Positions 36,960 through 50,322 of a DNA stretch of 64,000 nt are shown piece by piece. Source of the stretch: Camelus dromedarius (taxonomy: Eukaryota); the NCBI RefSeq assembly GCF_036321535.1, contig NC_087472.1, forward strand, positions 99,264,001-99,328,000, given 5' to 3'. A model generated the notes under the pieces. The model did no database searches. It worked only from the letters and a program-made list of their open reading frames with translations, and had not been told where the DNA came from. Each line of letters starts with the position of its first letter. Positions within the stretch are counted from its first letter, which is position 1. The translations under genes were made by a program, and so were the position numbers.

Positions 36960-38800
36960 CCAAGGAAAACACATTTATTTATCTTTGGACCAGTCTAACA
37001 GCTGGAGCTTTATTCTGTTTGTCTTCTGGTAGCTTCTTGCAAACCATGATTCTAGCCCTCAGAGCCATATGATTGGTCTGATCCTTTTTACATTGGATAG
37101 TTCTTCACATTTTTAAAGACTGTTACAACCATACCCTTCCCTCCTCCCCATAAATCCTTTTTACCAGGGTAAAAATCTTCAGTGCTTTCAACCTATCTTC
37201 ATATAACACAGTCCTAAATAACCACCATCTTGGCTCCTTTCCTCTGTACTTACCTCAGTTTGTGTTGTTTCCGAATTCTACCCAGTACTCTATGTGTGCT
37301 CTGACAAAAATAGGGTAGAGAGGAAATACTACTTTTTTCATTCAGATATTACATTTATCAATGCAGTCCTGAATCAGCTTGCTTTCTTTGTTGGTATGAC
37401 TGTCAACAGACATCGACATTATTATCCATTAGAAAATTTGAAGTGTATTACACAATATGCTCCTGAGTCATATTGCCTTTCCTTCAGTTTTTTCTTGGTA
37501 CTCACACCCAGTGCCTTCCCTTTTTCCCTGTCAAATTTGATTTTAGTTGCTTAAAAGCATTACTTAATCATGAGGAGATTTTTCTGGATCATGAATCTGC
37601 TATTGATTAGCTAATCCTTACAGCTTCACAGATGTTTAAATATTATGATCCTAGCCCCACAAGTCATGATAAGAATGCCAGGCGTAAGAATACTGAGGCC
37701 AGAGCCCTGTGCCATAGTGCAAACCTCTTGTCATGTTGGCATTGACCCATTAATTAATACCCTCTAAGTATAGTCACTCACAAGGTTACTATATTATGTG
37801 ATAGTAGTATATATATAATTCTTGCCCTTGGTTCACATGCCTCCATCTTGTTCACAGTTGCATATAAGACCTGTTAAATGTCTCTGCCATTGAGATCATT
37901 GTGTACTAAGAGAAATTAAAACATACATCCAAAAAAAAAATTGTATATGAATGTTCGTAGCAGCTTTATTCATAATACCTCCAAATGAAAGCAATCCCAA
38001 ATGTCCATCAACAGGGGAATATATGAACAAAATGTGGTGCAATGAACAATGACTTTGAATAAAAGTAACATTTAACAGCACGGATAAATTCCGAACACAA
38101 TACGGCAAGTGATAGAAGCCCGACACGAAAATTTACATACTGTATGTTTACATTTATATGAAATTCTAGAACATTGAAATTCATCTGTAGTAACAAAAAG
38201 CAGATTAGTGTTTGGCTCTAGGAATTAGAGAAAGTTTGTCTACAAAAGTGACATGAAGGAACCGTTGGGGGTGATGGAACATTCTATATCTTGATCATGG
38301 TGATGGCTACACAGATGTACCCATTTGTCAACATTCATCAGACTATACACTTTAAATGGGTGCAGTTTATTTTATGTAAATTGCACCTCAAAAAAATGAT
38401 CCTTTAAAAAAGTAATACTGCTCACCATACTCCCTGGTTTATCATAATGATCTAATAACTTGATTAAAGAAAAAAATTAAATTAGTCTCATTCTTCATGA
38501 ACCCCTGCTGGGTTCTGGAGACTGCTCGATCATTTTCTAAGTACATGTAAATTATCCTTTTAATAATGTGTTCTAGAACATTTCTGAAAATCAATATCAA
38601 GTTTACCCAGCCATACCATGTGAAAGCTATCTTCTTCCACCCTTTGAAAATGGGAATTCTACTTCCCTGTGTCAGTTTTCTGTGACTTTTTATATTGCCA
38701 ATTCCTGCAAAGAAATAAGGATTCTGTCACCTCATTTGCATGCTCTCTTAGCTCCCTGGAATGCAGTTCACCCAAATCAGGAGATTTAAAACTTGTTTGG
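36960..38800 (-). mobile_element. CR1/L3 LINE fragments interrupted by an L1
   Basis: ccagggtaaaaatcttcagtgctttcaacct; attcttcatgaacccctgctgg; ttttctaagtacatgtaaattatccttttaataat...atcaatatcaagtttacc. Confidence 0.6.
37900..38412 (+). mobile_element. Old L1 3' end (L1MC/MD/ME-like)
   Basis: gaatgttcgtagcagctttattcataat...cccaaatgtccatcaacagg...ggggtgatggaacattctatatcttgat...tttaaatgggtgcagtttatt. Confidence 0.9.
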
Positions 38801-39789
38801 AAATATTTAGTGCGCTTTCATCTTGGGCTTCCTCTGCAGGGGGCCTTTTGAGTTGGAGATATTGTGGGAGAATTTAGGCTGCAATTTAAGGAGCCGCTCA
38901 CCACTTATGAGCCATTATGTTAGCCTCTGTCAGGATGTCTGGCTCCTAGTCTGGTGCAGGCAATGTCTGAGGAGCTTTCTGTGTGAGAGCACCACAATTT
39001 CCTGCCTGAGAGTTCAGTATTGATCTGGCTCAGACCACTAAAGGATTTTTACTCTCCTTCATTTCTTTGGTGGCAGGACACAAGGTTACTTATGCCTTTT
39101 ATACTGTGTTGATTTCATATACTCCCATGCAATAAATGCATGTATACTACGTGGCATCCTTGGAATTCTTATGTTAATGTTACTGAGAATATGTTTCGTC
39201 TGTGTTTTTGCAAAAACATTTTAAGTTTGAAGGAGAAGAAAGAGTGAGACGAGTCTGGATTCTGAGCTGACAGCCTCTAGCCTGTATTTCATCCTGTCCT
39301 TTCTGGCTTGTTATAGGTCAAGTTATCGATCAGAAGGGAATGCCATGCATCTGTGACAGGGAGCTATGGGCTAAGGGGTAGATTTGGGAACCCTGGGAGG
39401 TGAGGTAACCCCTGCCCTCCCTCTTGAAAGCACAGGATAGCAGACAGAAAAGTGGGCATGGACAAGTGAGCAATGGATGGAAAAAAGCCTTTGTTCTTTC
39501 TTTGATAGACACACCTTTGCAACTATGACTTTGACCTTGATGTCGATGGATTACATAATAAAGAGGAATACTTAACCTAAAACTCATCAAAACAGAATAG
39601 CTCTTCTTAAAGAGCTCTGGATCCTTCTGTAAGAGGGCTTAATTTATACCACTAGAATACAATAACCCTAGCAATAATCCTCTAAAATCCTCAAAGCCTA
39701 AAGTATACAAAACACAAAGGAAGATCACATGGCTCCTGTGTCAGATTTAGAAATGTTTTCCTTCTGAATTTGGGAAGTTAGAGCCATTA

Positions 39790-40260
39790 AGCACTGTGAG
39801 TGTTAAAATCAACTCGGGGTTGGAAGAGATGTTTAGGTTAATCTAACCTAACCTCCTACCCAATGCAGTATCTCTGACAGATGGTCACCACTCCTCTGGT
39901 TGGATATTCAGTGCATAGGAACTCAGTTCTTACGAGGCTGCTCATTTCCTTGTTGAAACAGTTCTTTCTTACTCTGAACTGAATGCCCTCTTCAGGTACC
40001 TTGTATTCATCACTCTTACTTCTGACCTTCGAAGCAATATAGACTAAAACCATATTCTTTTGAGTCTCAGAGCCATTTAAATATCTGAAGACAGTGATCC
40101 AGTTTCCCATTTGTTTCTGCTTCCCTGGTTTAAATATCCCTAGTTCCTTCAGTCATTGCTCCTGAATACAGCTTTCGGATCCTGCCCTGCACGCATTCAA
40201 AATGACCAATAAAACTCTTAAAAGTGTGATTCAGCCCTTGAAGACAGTGTTATTGGCATA
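39790..40260 (-). mobile_element. CR1/L3 LINE 3' end
   Basis: ORF 39856-40110 (GNWITVFRYLNG...SKVRSKSDEYKV.EEGIQFRVRKNCF) resembles the CR1 ORF2 C-terminus pattern GDLITVFKYLKG...RTRGNG.KL...RFRLDIRKNF. Confidence 0.75.
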
Positions 40261-41524
40261 ACAGACACACAGAACACACAGTATACAACACTTTCATTAG
40301 AGCAGCTTACAGTGTTTAGCTTGTAGCTGACAGCAGATAGCTGCTCTGGCATAGGTGTTCTTTACTATGGAGGAGTTGTGGAGTTTGCGACCCAGAAATG
40401 CAACTCCTGAGCCAAGGGAGATTTTACCAAGACTATTCAAAATTATAAATCTATTGTAATCATTTAGCAATGATACCATCAAAGAATGTTTGTTCTTTAA
40501 AATGCATAGTGAACCATCTCCTGAACTGTGATGTAGAATGAGATCACTTTAATAGGAATATACAAATATAAGGAACTCAGAAACGGTGAAATTGTATCTA
40601 CCTACACAGTCTAAGGAAGAGTTCACATGAATTTGAGTACAGATCGTGTTACTGAGGATCAAAGCCACTGGGGGCATTTCAAAGCTCTTGTTAACTTTTT
40701 TGCTTCCCTGGACAATGTTCCTCTGTCCAGTCATTGTGATTCTCAAAAACTGCATGGAAGCTGATGGAGACTGTTTGTTCTCTTAAGTTGGGCACTATAT
40801 TATGTCATAATATTTGTTCAAAACAGTTCGGTTAGAAATTAAAGTATATAATATTTGCTAAAAGTTCTGAATTTTAGAGTAGCTGAGCACATTTGGGATT
40901 CAGCACATTTATCATCTTCAGCTAAACATCTTCGGCATCAAAACCCACAGAGACCTGACATTGTAGGGTAGATGATACTGTCATTTCATTACGTCTGGTT
41001 ACTTAATTGACTTCACACTACATGAGAATGTAACTTAAGGGGTGAGTTACTTTGCCTTATCTAAATCTTCTCGTTTGTGGGCTGCTGATAATTTTCTTCT
41101 TCTCTTTGAAATCATGAGAGTGTGCCCTCTGCAGTCTGTGTGCTGGGATTTGTAATGTAGGGGAATGGCAGAAAGGGCTCTGTGAATACATGATTTTATT
41201 TAATCCTTTAATAGCCCTCTGGTGTAGGCTTGAGAAATGTACTCATGATCATGACAAAACAGAAACAAAGCGATCTATTCAAGGTCATGGTCGGTAACAA
41301 GTAAAGCTAACATTCAAATATACATGTTCTGGAAGCAAAAGCCCTAATTCTAGATGCTGTGCTTTATACTGCTCTGCATGTCTCCCAAAGGTTGTAAAGG
41401 ATGAGTCCAAGTTCCTTCTTTTGACCCTTCAAATTTGTAGACTTAACGACAGATATTATCTTAACTTGTTCACAGGGTACTGATGGCTGTCCATCCATTC
41501 TCCCTGCTTATTCTACTGATACTG

Positions 41525-41960
41525 ATGGCTACCAACCCATCCTCCATGATTTCTACTGATAGGAGCCTGTTATTGTTCAAGGCTACAATGTGTCCTCAGA
41601 CTCCCTTACAGCTAGTGTCCATGTGACCCATTTTTGTCCAGTAAACTGTAAGCAGATGTCAAATGTGTGACACTTCTCCATGAGCTATTGAGCTCCTGAT
41701 AGAAAGGGGCAAACTAGAAAGGGGCAAACTCAGTGTCTTTCCCTTCACCCTTCACCTTCATCCTCTCTGGAACGCGGGCATGATGTAGTGGTGGAGTGGC
41801 CATCTTGCAACCTACAAGACAATAGCCACAGCCCGAGGATGGCAGACTAGAAAGATGAAGGGAACCTGTGTCCCTGGTGGCATCTTGTACTGCTACCTCT
41901 AAAATTCTTATTTTTCTTATATTAGAAGTTATTATTACATACAATCCAATGTAGTCCTTA
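41525..41960 (+). mobile_element. MaLR solo LTR (MLT1I/J-like)
   Basis: cagactcccttacagctag...catgtgaccc...ggccatcttgcaacc...gaggatggcagactagaaagatgaagggaacctgtgtccctg. Confidence 0.8.
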
Positions 41961-42868
41961 CTTCCCTTCCATTTGTCTACAAGCTCCAGACCATGGTTAA
42001 GAAGAATGTGTCCTAAGCCTTAATTTGGGAATTTACATTGGACCTGCTCATAGGATACTGTAAATTAAGATTCTTCTCCTCTAACCCCCCCAAACCAAAA
42101 TCTAATTGTGCCTCCCACCACCCCAGTGCTGTGAGTGACCACATGCCTACTTGGGAAAAGCAAAATGGAATGGGGGTGAAGAGAGAGAGGTAGGTTCTTG
42201 TACTCCTAATTAGCAAGCAAGGGTGGTATTTCCAGAGCCCAGGGTGGAATGCCTTGATGTCTTCTGTATTTCATCTGCATTGAACTTTGAAAGAAACAGG
42301 TATATAATATGATTTGCTTCAAAATTTTGTATCTATGGCACTATCCCTGGATATTGTGGTGCTTTTTTTTTCAGGTGGAACTATTTAAGTCAAATTTATT
42401 TTAGTATCCCTCAATTCTAGGAAGAATGAGCATAGCCTATTTTAAACCACAGGGGAATTGTCACATTAAAATGAATGTAGAATAAATCCACAAAAATAGA
42501 TCAGAATAAAGCTTCCTGAGTGACTCTTATCCAGTGTGACCCTCCTGTGAGAGGGAATATTTATTCAGCTTATTTATATACCCAGAGGGGATATTTACAT
42601 GCCTTGTAAACAAGAAAATGCTGTAAGAGATGAGTAATTGTTAAAGTAGCCTCTGAAAGTAAAGAGTTATTCATTATGATCTTTTAAAAAAAATTTTTTT
42701 TGCATTAGGACTAAAGATGAGCAAATGAAACACAGAAGCATGTCTTCTTTGAAAATTATGATCAAAATTGCTACATTATCCTTGGTCGCACTTATGTCAC
42801 AATGATAAAGAAAATTAATGAAATAGTCTGTGTGAAGATGAAGGAGAAAAGGAAATTACAGAATACAG

Positions 42869-42871
<3 letters not shown>

Positions 42872-42905
<34 letters not shown>
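42872..42905 (+). repeat. Poly(T)34 tract
   Basis: Uninterrupted run of 34 T. Confidence 0.97.
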
Positions 42906-42906
<1 letters not shown>

Positions 42907-43427
42907 GAGCAATACAGTTTAGGAGACAACTGGGGATAATGATATTTAAGGTTGGTCTGCCCTGTGTCACCCATTTGGGCATGGTGTAGCTAAGTGAACT
43001 CACCCATGAGCTAGAACGTCGAGGGAGGAGGAAAGAGAAGAGAGCTGGTGAAGATAGCATACCGGATGTGTTATCCCAGCGCTGTTTCTGTCCATCGGAG
43101 AATTCATTTTCAGGGCCCCAATCAGGAAGTCTCTTTTCTCAAACAGGAATGAAATAAAATATCCCCTCTCTTCTCTGCCATTTGAGCAGAGCATGTGCTG
43201 AATACACAGGAAACTTGGGGAGCACAGCGAGCTGGCCTAGGGGGCTCAGTCTCCTCTCTTGTTTCCCATTGCTTCCTGTCATCATTTTAACTTGTTCAGC
43301 TCTCACCCATCCTTAAATTAATAAACAGATCCATTTCTATCACACTGTGTTCATCCCCAGCTGCCCCTTATCTCTTTCCTGCCCTTAGCAATGAAACCAT
43401 TTTTCATTTATTATAGAAGTGAATCTA

Positions 43428-43902
43428 GAAAGAAGGAAATCCTCTTATTTGCTACAACATGGATGGACCTTGAGGGCATTATGCTATGTGTAATAAGCCA
43501 ACCAGAGAAAGACAAATACTGCATGGTATCACTTGTATGTAGAATCTAAAAAAGTCAAACTCATAGAAACAGAGACTACAAAGGTGGTTTCCAGGGGCTG
43601 GGGGGTGGGAGAAATAGGGAGAGGTTGGTAAAGGGAGACAAACTTCCAGCTATAAGATGAGTAAGGTCTGAGGATCTAATGTAAAACATGGTGACTACAG
43701 TTGATAACACTGTATTTTCTAATTGAAATTTACTAAGAGGGTAGAACCTAAATATTCTTACAAAAAAGAAAAATATGTGAGGTGATGGATTATTAACTAG
43801 ATTTAGGGAGTCCTTCCACAATGTGTATATATATCAAATCACCACAATGTACACTTGAAATATCTTACAGTTTTATATGTCGATTATACCGCAGTAAAGC
43901 TG
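43428..43902 (+). mobile_element. L1 3' end (L1MA9-like)
   Basis: aagaaggaaatcctcttatttgctacaacatggatggaccttgagggcattatgct...gagaaagacaaatactgcatgg...catggtgactacagttgataac...agtaaagctg. Confidence 0.93.
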
Positions 43903-43944
43903 ATTTCTTTTTTAAAGACAGGCTTTTGAAAAAAGGCAAATACA

Positions 43945-44078
43945 TTTGTACTATAGGTTTGCAAGATGGTACCACTGGGGGAAACTAGCTAAAGGGCACA
44001 AGGGAAATCTCTATTATTTCTTATCGCTCATGCAAATCTACAGTTATCTCAAAACAGCAAGTTTAATTGTAAAAAAGG
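43945..44078 (+). mobile_element. Short L1MB/MC-like 3' terminal fragment
   Basis: gtactataggtttgcaagatggtaccactgggggaaactagctaaagggcaca...aatctacagttatctcaaaa. Confidence 0.75.
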
Positions 44079-46001
44079 AGATACATGCTTGGTATAAAAA
44101 AAAAAATCAAACGCTACCTAGTTCTAGAGTATGTACAGTTCCACTGAGCCTGGTGTGGTTTACCTATATTGAAGATAACTCAGAAATATTTAATTATTTT
44201 GTATGCAAGCTGTTTCCTTACATGTGAGGGCATCAGTTGGTAGACTGAGTTAAAGAAAGTCGAAACAGGATTTATGAGAGACTGGAGAGAGACGGGGGAC
44301 CGAGAACCTGCAGAAAGTCTGGGAATAGGGGAGCTCATCTGCACATGCGTAGGGTAAGCTGATTGTCTGACAGCTAACGGCGGTCGCTCTGGGCATCTGG
44401 CCTTGGTAAGGGCTTCAAAGAAAACAATTTCGTGTGTTCATGGATTCTTCATAAGGCACTGATTTAGCTGAGCAGCACCCAGGCCAAGTTCTCGAGGTCT
44501 CCCCGTGGCCTTTCACCAGCAGCTGCAGCAAAGTTAGGCCCGTTCTGGCCCATTGCCCGCAGTGGAGTCTCTCACCCAGCGTGGAAGAGCGGGCTAGGGC
44601 TGGTTTTAGAATCGGCAGTAAGACTGTGATTGCAGCCTGACTCCACCATCCATTCATCCAGAGGCTTGGCCAAGTTGACCTTCCCAAGGCTCTATTTCTC
44701 TGCCTCTAAAAGAGCCACAGTGTTGGTGTGAGAGTTGAACGATAGCATAATAAAGGGTGCCGCGTGCTGCTTCTGCTGTCGTAGGTGCATTCGGTATGAG
44801 AGATGTGAAAACACACGTGGGCAGTCTCTGCTGGTTCTTCCCACGAGGAAGTTGTAAAGTTAACATAACTCCTACCTCTTTAATGCAGGCCCCATGATTA
44901 GATCTATACTATTGATTACAAAGAGCTTTCAGTGGCTGTTTTAAACTCAGGCTGAAGAGGATATTATTTTTACAAAAAAAAATTTTTTTTTTTGCTCAAA
45001 CATCATGCATCATTTTTTAGAAAGGAAGCAAAAAAAGCCTGCTTCTCCATGCCTCAAGACCTTTGACCCTGCGGCAAGAGCTAGCATCAGAGGCACCGGC
45101 TGGGTCTGTGGGCTCTGCTGGCAGAGCTGACAGTCAGTGCCCAACATTTCTTCTGGGAGCACCTGAGAGCTGATTGAGCAGACAGCTCAGTCTTTCCCGA
45201 AATGGTTCTCCCCTACTGCTTTATTGATCCCTGCCAGGTACCTCATTTTTGATCCTTTAGCTTGATGTGGCCAACTCTGTTGAGTTACAGTGGAGAACTG
45301 TGGTATTAAATGGTCCAGCTGGAAACACTTCGAGTCCCACTCCCATCACTCCCCATTTTGCTTTGAGCTGGCTCTGCAACAGGTCTCAAAAACGAAGAAT
45401 TGTCTGTGTCGTATAGATAGCATTTCTTTAATTCCTGGTGTCTCAAGATTAAATTAGCTATTTTGATGGGCTCACATTCTGTGAATGCTGTGTTTTTGAA
45501 AATTAACCTCTTACCATGCTGGGGGCCATTTGAAAGCTTTGACTGAATCTTGGCCAGACCTAATTATTGATCTTTGTGGCAAGGGCAGGAGGCAGGGAAA
45601 GAAACGCAGCAGACAGGGCAAAAGGATAGGAATCAGGAGGTTAGAGAGCACCGCTGGGTTCCTCTATGTGAGGAAAGGGCGGTTGTGAGGAGCCGAAGTG
45701 GGCCAAGGGAGAGATACGGAACATTGTGAGCTTCGACAGTTTCCTCAAAAGCAGCCCTCGTGATTCTCAGTGACCACCATGGGAGGAACCTCACAAACGT
45801 CAGAAAAACTGTCTCCTTGCCACCTTCAGGTGATAGTAATCCACACTCTGAACTAAGCTTTTTGTTTTCAAAGGTTGATTTAGTGTAGAGTCTTCAGCTC
45901 ATTTGACACTTTGGTCAATGATGTCACTATCTGCACTGTGTTACTGGGGCATCTCAATCATCATTTCCTCGGTATCAGTGAGCCAGGGTGATAGTCTAGA
46001 A

Positions 46002-46313
46002 CAAGGGCCAGCCAACAACGGCCCACCACCTGTTTTTGTGCAATGCCATGAGCTACACTTTCGAATGGTTGGGGGAAAAAAATCAAAAGAAGAAATCATA
46101 TATTTTGTGACATGAGAAAATTATATGCAATTCAAATTTCAGTGTCTGTAAAGTTTTACTGGGACCCAGCCATGCTCGTTCATTTACATGTTGTCTGTGG
46201 CTACTTTCACACTTCAGCAGCTGAGTTGAGCAGTTGTATGAGAGGTCATATGGCCCATAGAGTCTAAAATATTTACTGTCTGGCCCTTCACGGAAAAAAT
46301 TTTCCTGCCCTCG
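46002..46313. mobile_element. MER58B-like hAT-Charlie MITE
   Basis: ggcccaccacctgtttttgt...aattcaaatttcagtgtc...cagccatgctcgttcatttac...ctaaaatatttactgtctggccctt. Confidence 0.88.
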
Positions 46314-46321
46314 CTCCACAC

Positions 46322-46529
46322 CAGTGCTGCCCAATAGAACTTTCGGAGATGATGAGAGTGGTCCAAACCTTTACTGTCGGAGCCAGTAGCTGCTAGCCAT
46401 GTGTGGCGGTTTAAAGTTAAACTAATTAGAATTAAGTAAAATTCAAAATGTATTTCCTCAGTTGCTCTAGCCACACTTCAGTGCTCAACCGCCACATGTG
46501 GCTAGTGGCTACCATATAGAACAGCGCAA
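46322..46529. mobile_element. MER3/MER33-like hAT-Charlie MITE
   Basis: cagtgctgcccaatagaacttt...ctagccatgtgtggc...gccacatgtggctagtggctaccatatagaacagcgca. Confidence 0.88.
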
Positions 46530-46671
46530 GTCTAGAATAATAAACTGTCCCTATCAAGGAGCGCCATTGTTTGTTCCGTGAAACTTATAGACCTCTTTCA
46601 CTGCTTCTTCATTCTTTTGCTAACCTTTTAGGGGTCATTTCTCTGCTTCCTTTTATAGTCAGAAGAGAGTA

Positions 46672-47146
46672 GTTTTCTTAGCTTGGTTACTTCTGGTAAG
46701 CAGCTCTGAGACAGGGATTGGGGTGTGAGTGGTTTCTTTGGAAGATGATCCCAGGGAGCATCAGTAGGAGGCTGGGGAAGGGAGATGGGGAAGGGAGATA
46801 GAGAAGGGAAGAAAGCCAGGTAATGGTGCGTTAGCAAACCAGTCACCAGTACGGGCAATTGGAACTCAGTCCTACTGGGAAACTCTAGGAGGTGCAGAAC
46901 CTGCTTCAGAGTTACTCCACCTCAGGATGAAGGAAGCTGGGGCACTTATCTACCAAGTTCCCTGTTAGTTTTTGGTTAAAGGCTACTTCTAGGGACATTA
47001 ACTCCTCAGCACTTCAGACTGAGTATGCTTTGCAACCATAAAACACACCCTCGGGCAGAGAGTCACTGGTGTTCAGGGTAAGTGGCCCACAGTAAATAGT
47101 GGTAGTGCCACGGAGATACGGGCAGGGCACTGATAACATCTGCTAC
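46672..47146 (-). mobile_element. ERVL-class solo LTR (LTR33-like)
   Basis: aagcagctctgagacagggatt...gatgatcccaggg...; ends in acatctgctaca (reverse complement TGTAGCAGATG, the LTR start). Confidence 0.85.
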
Positions 47147-48289
47147 AGTAAAGCGCGGAAAGGCGTAACACAGGAAACTCAAATTACAGCTCTGCTCCTG
47201 TCTCACATCTTTGGTAAAAGGCTGGTGATAGCTGTTGGATAAAGTTAGTGGATAAAATTGAGGCTTGGGTGTATCGCAAATGAATAGTGTCCTTTAGACG
47301 GAAATGTGCCTGTAGTAGCACACCCTGACCATGCTCTTCAAGTTCATGGGCAACCAGCATTGCTGCCACGTGTCCTGCTATGACCACATGGAAATATCCC
47401 CACTGACCAGCCCACGTTCTGGCTTTGACAGTTGGAACATTGGTTGACAATCAGCGTTGTTTTAGGCTCATGCCAGAGGCCAGTACAATATAAGATGTAC
47501 CATATTAGATGACTGACCCAAAAGGGCTGGGCAGAAAGTGGGAACTGAGAAATTAAATTTAAAAGTGGTCAAGAAACCAGGAAAACTGATGAGGATGGAT
47601 AGACTAACCTAGGTGGCCTAGAGAAGTTCCGAAGGTGCTGCAGATGTCTCCGGTAGCTTCTGACGCAATTCTCATGGGCTAGCTTCAACACGCTGGCACC
47701 GTGAAGCAGGACAGATGAATGAGTCTGAATTTGCCAATTCAGAGCAGCAGAACCCAGCTTGTAATTGATGGCGAGAAACAGAGAAATGTACTATATACCC
47801 CAAATTCTCTGGTAATTCAATATGAAAACCTCAGTGATAACTGTTGGCCTGATTTTGGAGGAGATTGGTCAAGCTCATATGTTTCTAATTGTCTAGGCTT
47901 TTTAAAACTTTTTTTTAAAAATATATTTTTTTAAAACTTTCTAAATATAGGCTGTTTCCACTGGGAATCATTTTCTTTAAAAATTTAAGGACTTACCATC
48001 CTTTCTTCCTGCATCTCTGTAATTGGGAGAAACGAGGTCACTTTTTGTCTTTCTTTCTGGCATGTTTCTGTGCTTAGAGGAACTCTGTCCACTCTCTGTG
48101 TGCGTAGGCTTTGGGCCTAGCCTGTGTCTGAAATCCCTTCTTTCCGGGGAGTCACAAGTCTTTAAAAGTACATCATCCCAGTGGAAAACCAGGAAAAAAA
48201 AAAAAAAAAACCTAAACAGGTCTTCAAGTAGAGGTGAATAATAATTTTGACAGCCATATAAAAATGTTTCTTCTGTTCAGTTGAATTCT

Positions 48290-48745
48290 GAACTAGCTAA
48301 GGTAAAGCTAGCTATCATAATACACAAAGCCTATTATTTTGATAGTTTAACAAAACAGAAGTTTATTTCTGGATCATAAAAAGTACAGTTGGTGCAGGGA
48401 GTCAGGGCTGGGGGCCTCTGATCTCTCAGTATTTGGCACCTCAGGCAGAAGAAGCCTCTAAAATCTTAAAAACATGGCTTCTGAGATTACTCTGAGCATT
48501 GATTCAATCAGCAGATGGTGGAGGTGGGGTGGGTGGTGAGACGGCAGAAGAGAGATAGCTGGCACAGGAGGGTTTAAAAGGCCCAGGCCTGCAAAGGGCA
48601 TATGTGGCTTTTCTACCCATATGGCAATGGCCAGCACTCAGTCATGTGGCAGGACCTAATTGTAGAGGAGGCTGGGAAATGTAGTCTAGTAAGGAACAGG
48701 GGGAAGAGGAGAGAGTTCATTGAACACCCAATCAGTTTCTGCCAT
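48290..48745 (-). mobile_element. MaLR solo LTR (MLT1J/K-like)
   Basis: tttaacaaaacagaagtttatttct...aatggccagcactcagtcatgtggc...ggaggctgggaaatgtagtc...gtttctgcca. Confidence 0.8.
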
Positions 48746-50322
48746 TTGTGGTCCATCTCTTCTTCCCCACTGACCTTTCTCTACCACAACTGAGGTATGG
48801 AAAAGCCCTTATGACCCTCCTGATTGGGGCAATGTGTCCCCAGTGGATCCCTTTAAGACCCAAGCTCTGACCTCTATGGCTTTTCTCTTGCATTTTAAAT
48901 TGTGTTTATCTCTCTTGTTTCTGAGAAAAGTCTGAGGACAGGCCAGTGGTGAGGAGCAGAAGGTAAAAGACATGGATCCTCATCATGGCAATGTCACCAG
49001 AGCCATTGCTGGGTCCTGAGCATTGTATCCAAAGGTACAGATTCTTATGTGCCCAAGACCTCAAGCCTGTAGTGATATATACTCCCTGCTTTCAATGTCC
49101 TTGAAAGGACCGGAGGTTTTGTCAGCAATGACCTGCTCCATTGATAATGCAGCTCCTCTTGCAGGGATGGGAAGCACATTCATTCTTCAGAGGGCGCAAA
49201 CAGCAAATTCTTTTTTCATCTCCTATGATACAAAGTAGGAGTGCTGTAAATGCCAAGCAGTATGGATTTTTAGAATGATGAGTCATTGCTTCTGGTTTGT
49301 TCAAGGCAATTATTCATCCAGGCTGAATCTCTTCAAGATGAGCCAGTAAGTCTGTTATACAGACAAAGAGAATGGCTGAGATCCCCAAAAGCCAAAAAAC
49401 TGATTTAGGTCAAATAGTAAAGCTGGGGCAAAGAACTTCTGAGAAATAGTGCATCTATGTTGAAAAAAAGAATTGAAATTCAGAACTCAAGGGCTGAGTC
49501 TGCTTACCAGGGTAACCTTTGGCTTTGACGATCACCTGGCACTTTTGTGGGAGAAAAAGTCCAGCTTATGCTTCACTTTCTTCAGGCAGGTACCCAGCTC
49601 CTAGAAAATGCCTCCTCAACTCAAAGCTAGAGAGATCGAGTTAACTAACAGACAACAATATCATAAAAAACTAAACCTGAAAATTGTCTAAGGAAACAGA
49701 TCCTGTCACCCCTAGTCTGTAAATACCTCCACTTCCTACAGTCTCCCCATCTGTAGCGCACCTCCTACCTACCCCACCTTGTTTTCTGCCCACAGTTTTC
49801 CTCTGCCTTGAACCACCATTTTTTGGCTCCAAAGTTATGATTCCAAGCTTAAGCTGTTCCCTCAGCTTCTTTAAGTGCCCAGAAAATTGCTGCTTGTTGC
49901 CCTTTGCACACCCTTAATCCTGCTGGGAAAAGACCCCCTCTGTTACTTATAAAAATTGGGACTGCTTTCATTTTTTAAACTCTATTTTTTAAAATGGGAT
50001 GATACACTGTGGCTTGTTGCCAGAAGAAGAGAACAGAACTTCCCCACCCTAACTCCTCCTGAAATGGGCCTGTTCCCTGCCTTATGTGTGGGTGCACGCC
50101 AAGCCAACCAGCAAACAGCATAGCTATCACTGCCTTGCGTGGATCTACGAAAGCAGGAGTCTGAACTTATTGTCTGAAGAATTGCTGTGTTCACTTGGGT
50201 GTTGGGAAATCTGGAATACTTGACATTTGGGGGGCCACCTATGTGCCAGGTGGCATAATCCTGTATTCCAGTCCCTGTACATCCTATAGGAGACATTCTG
50301 CTCAGATAGTTTGGATCATTGG

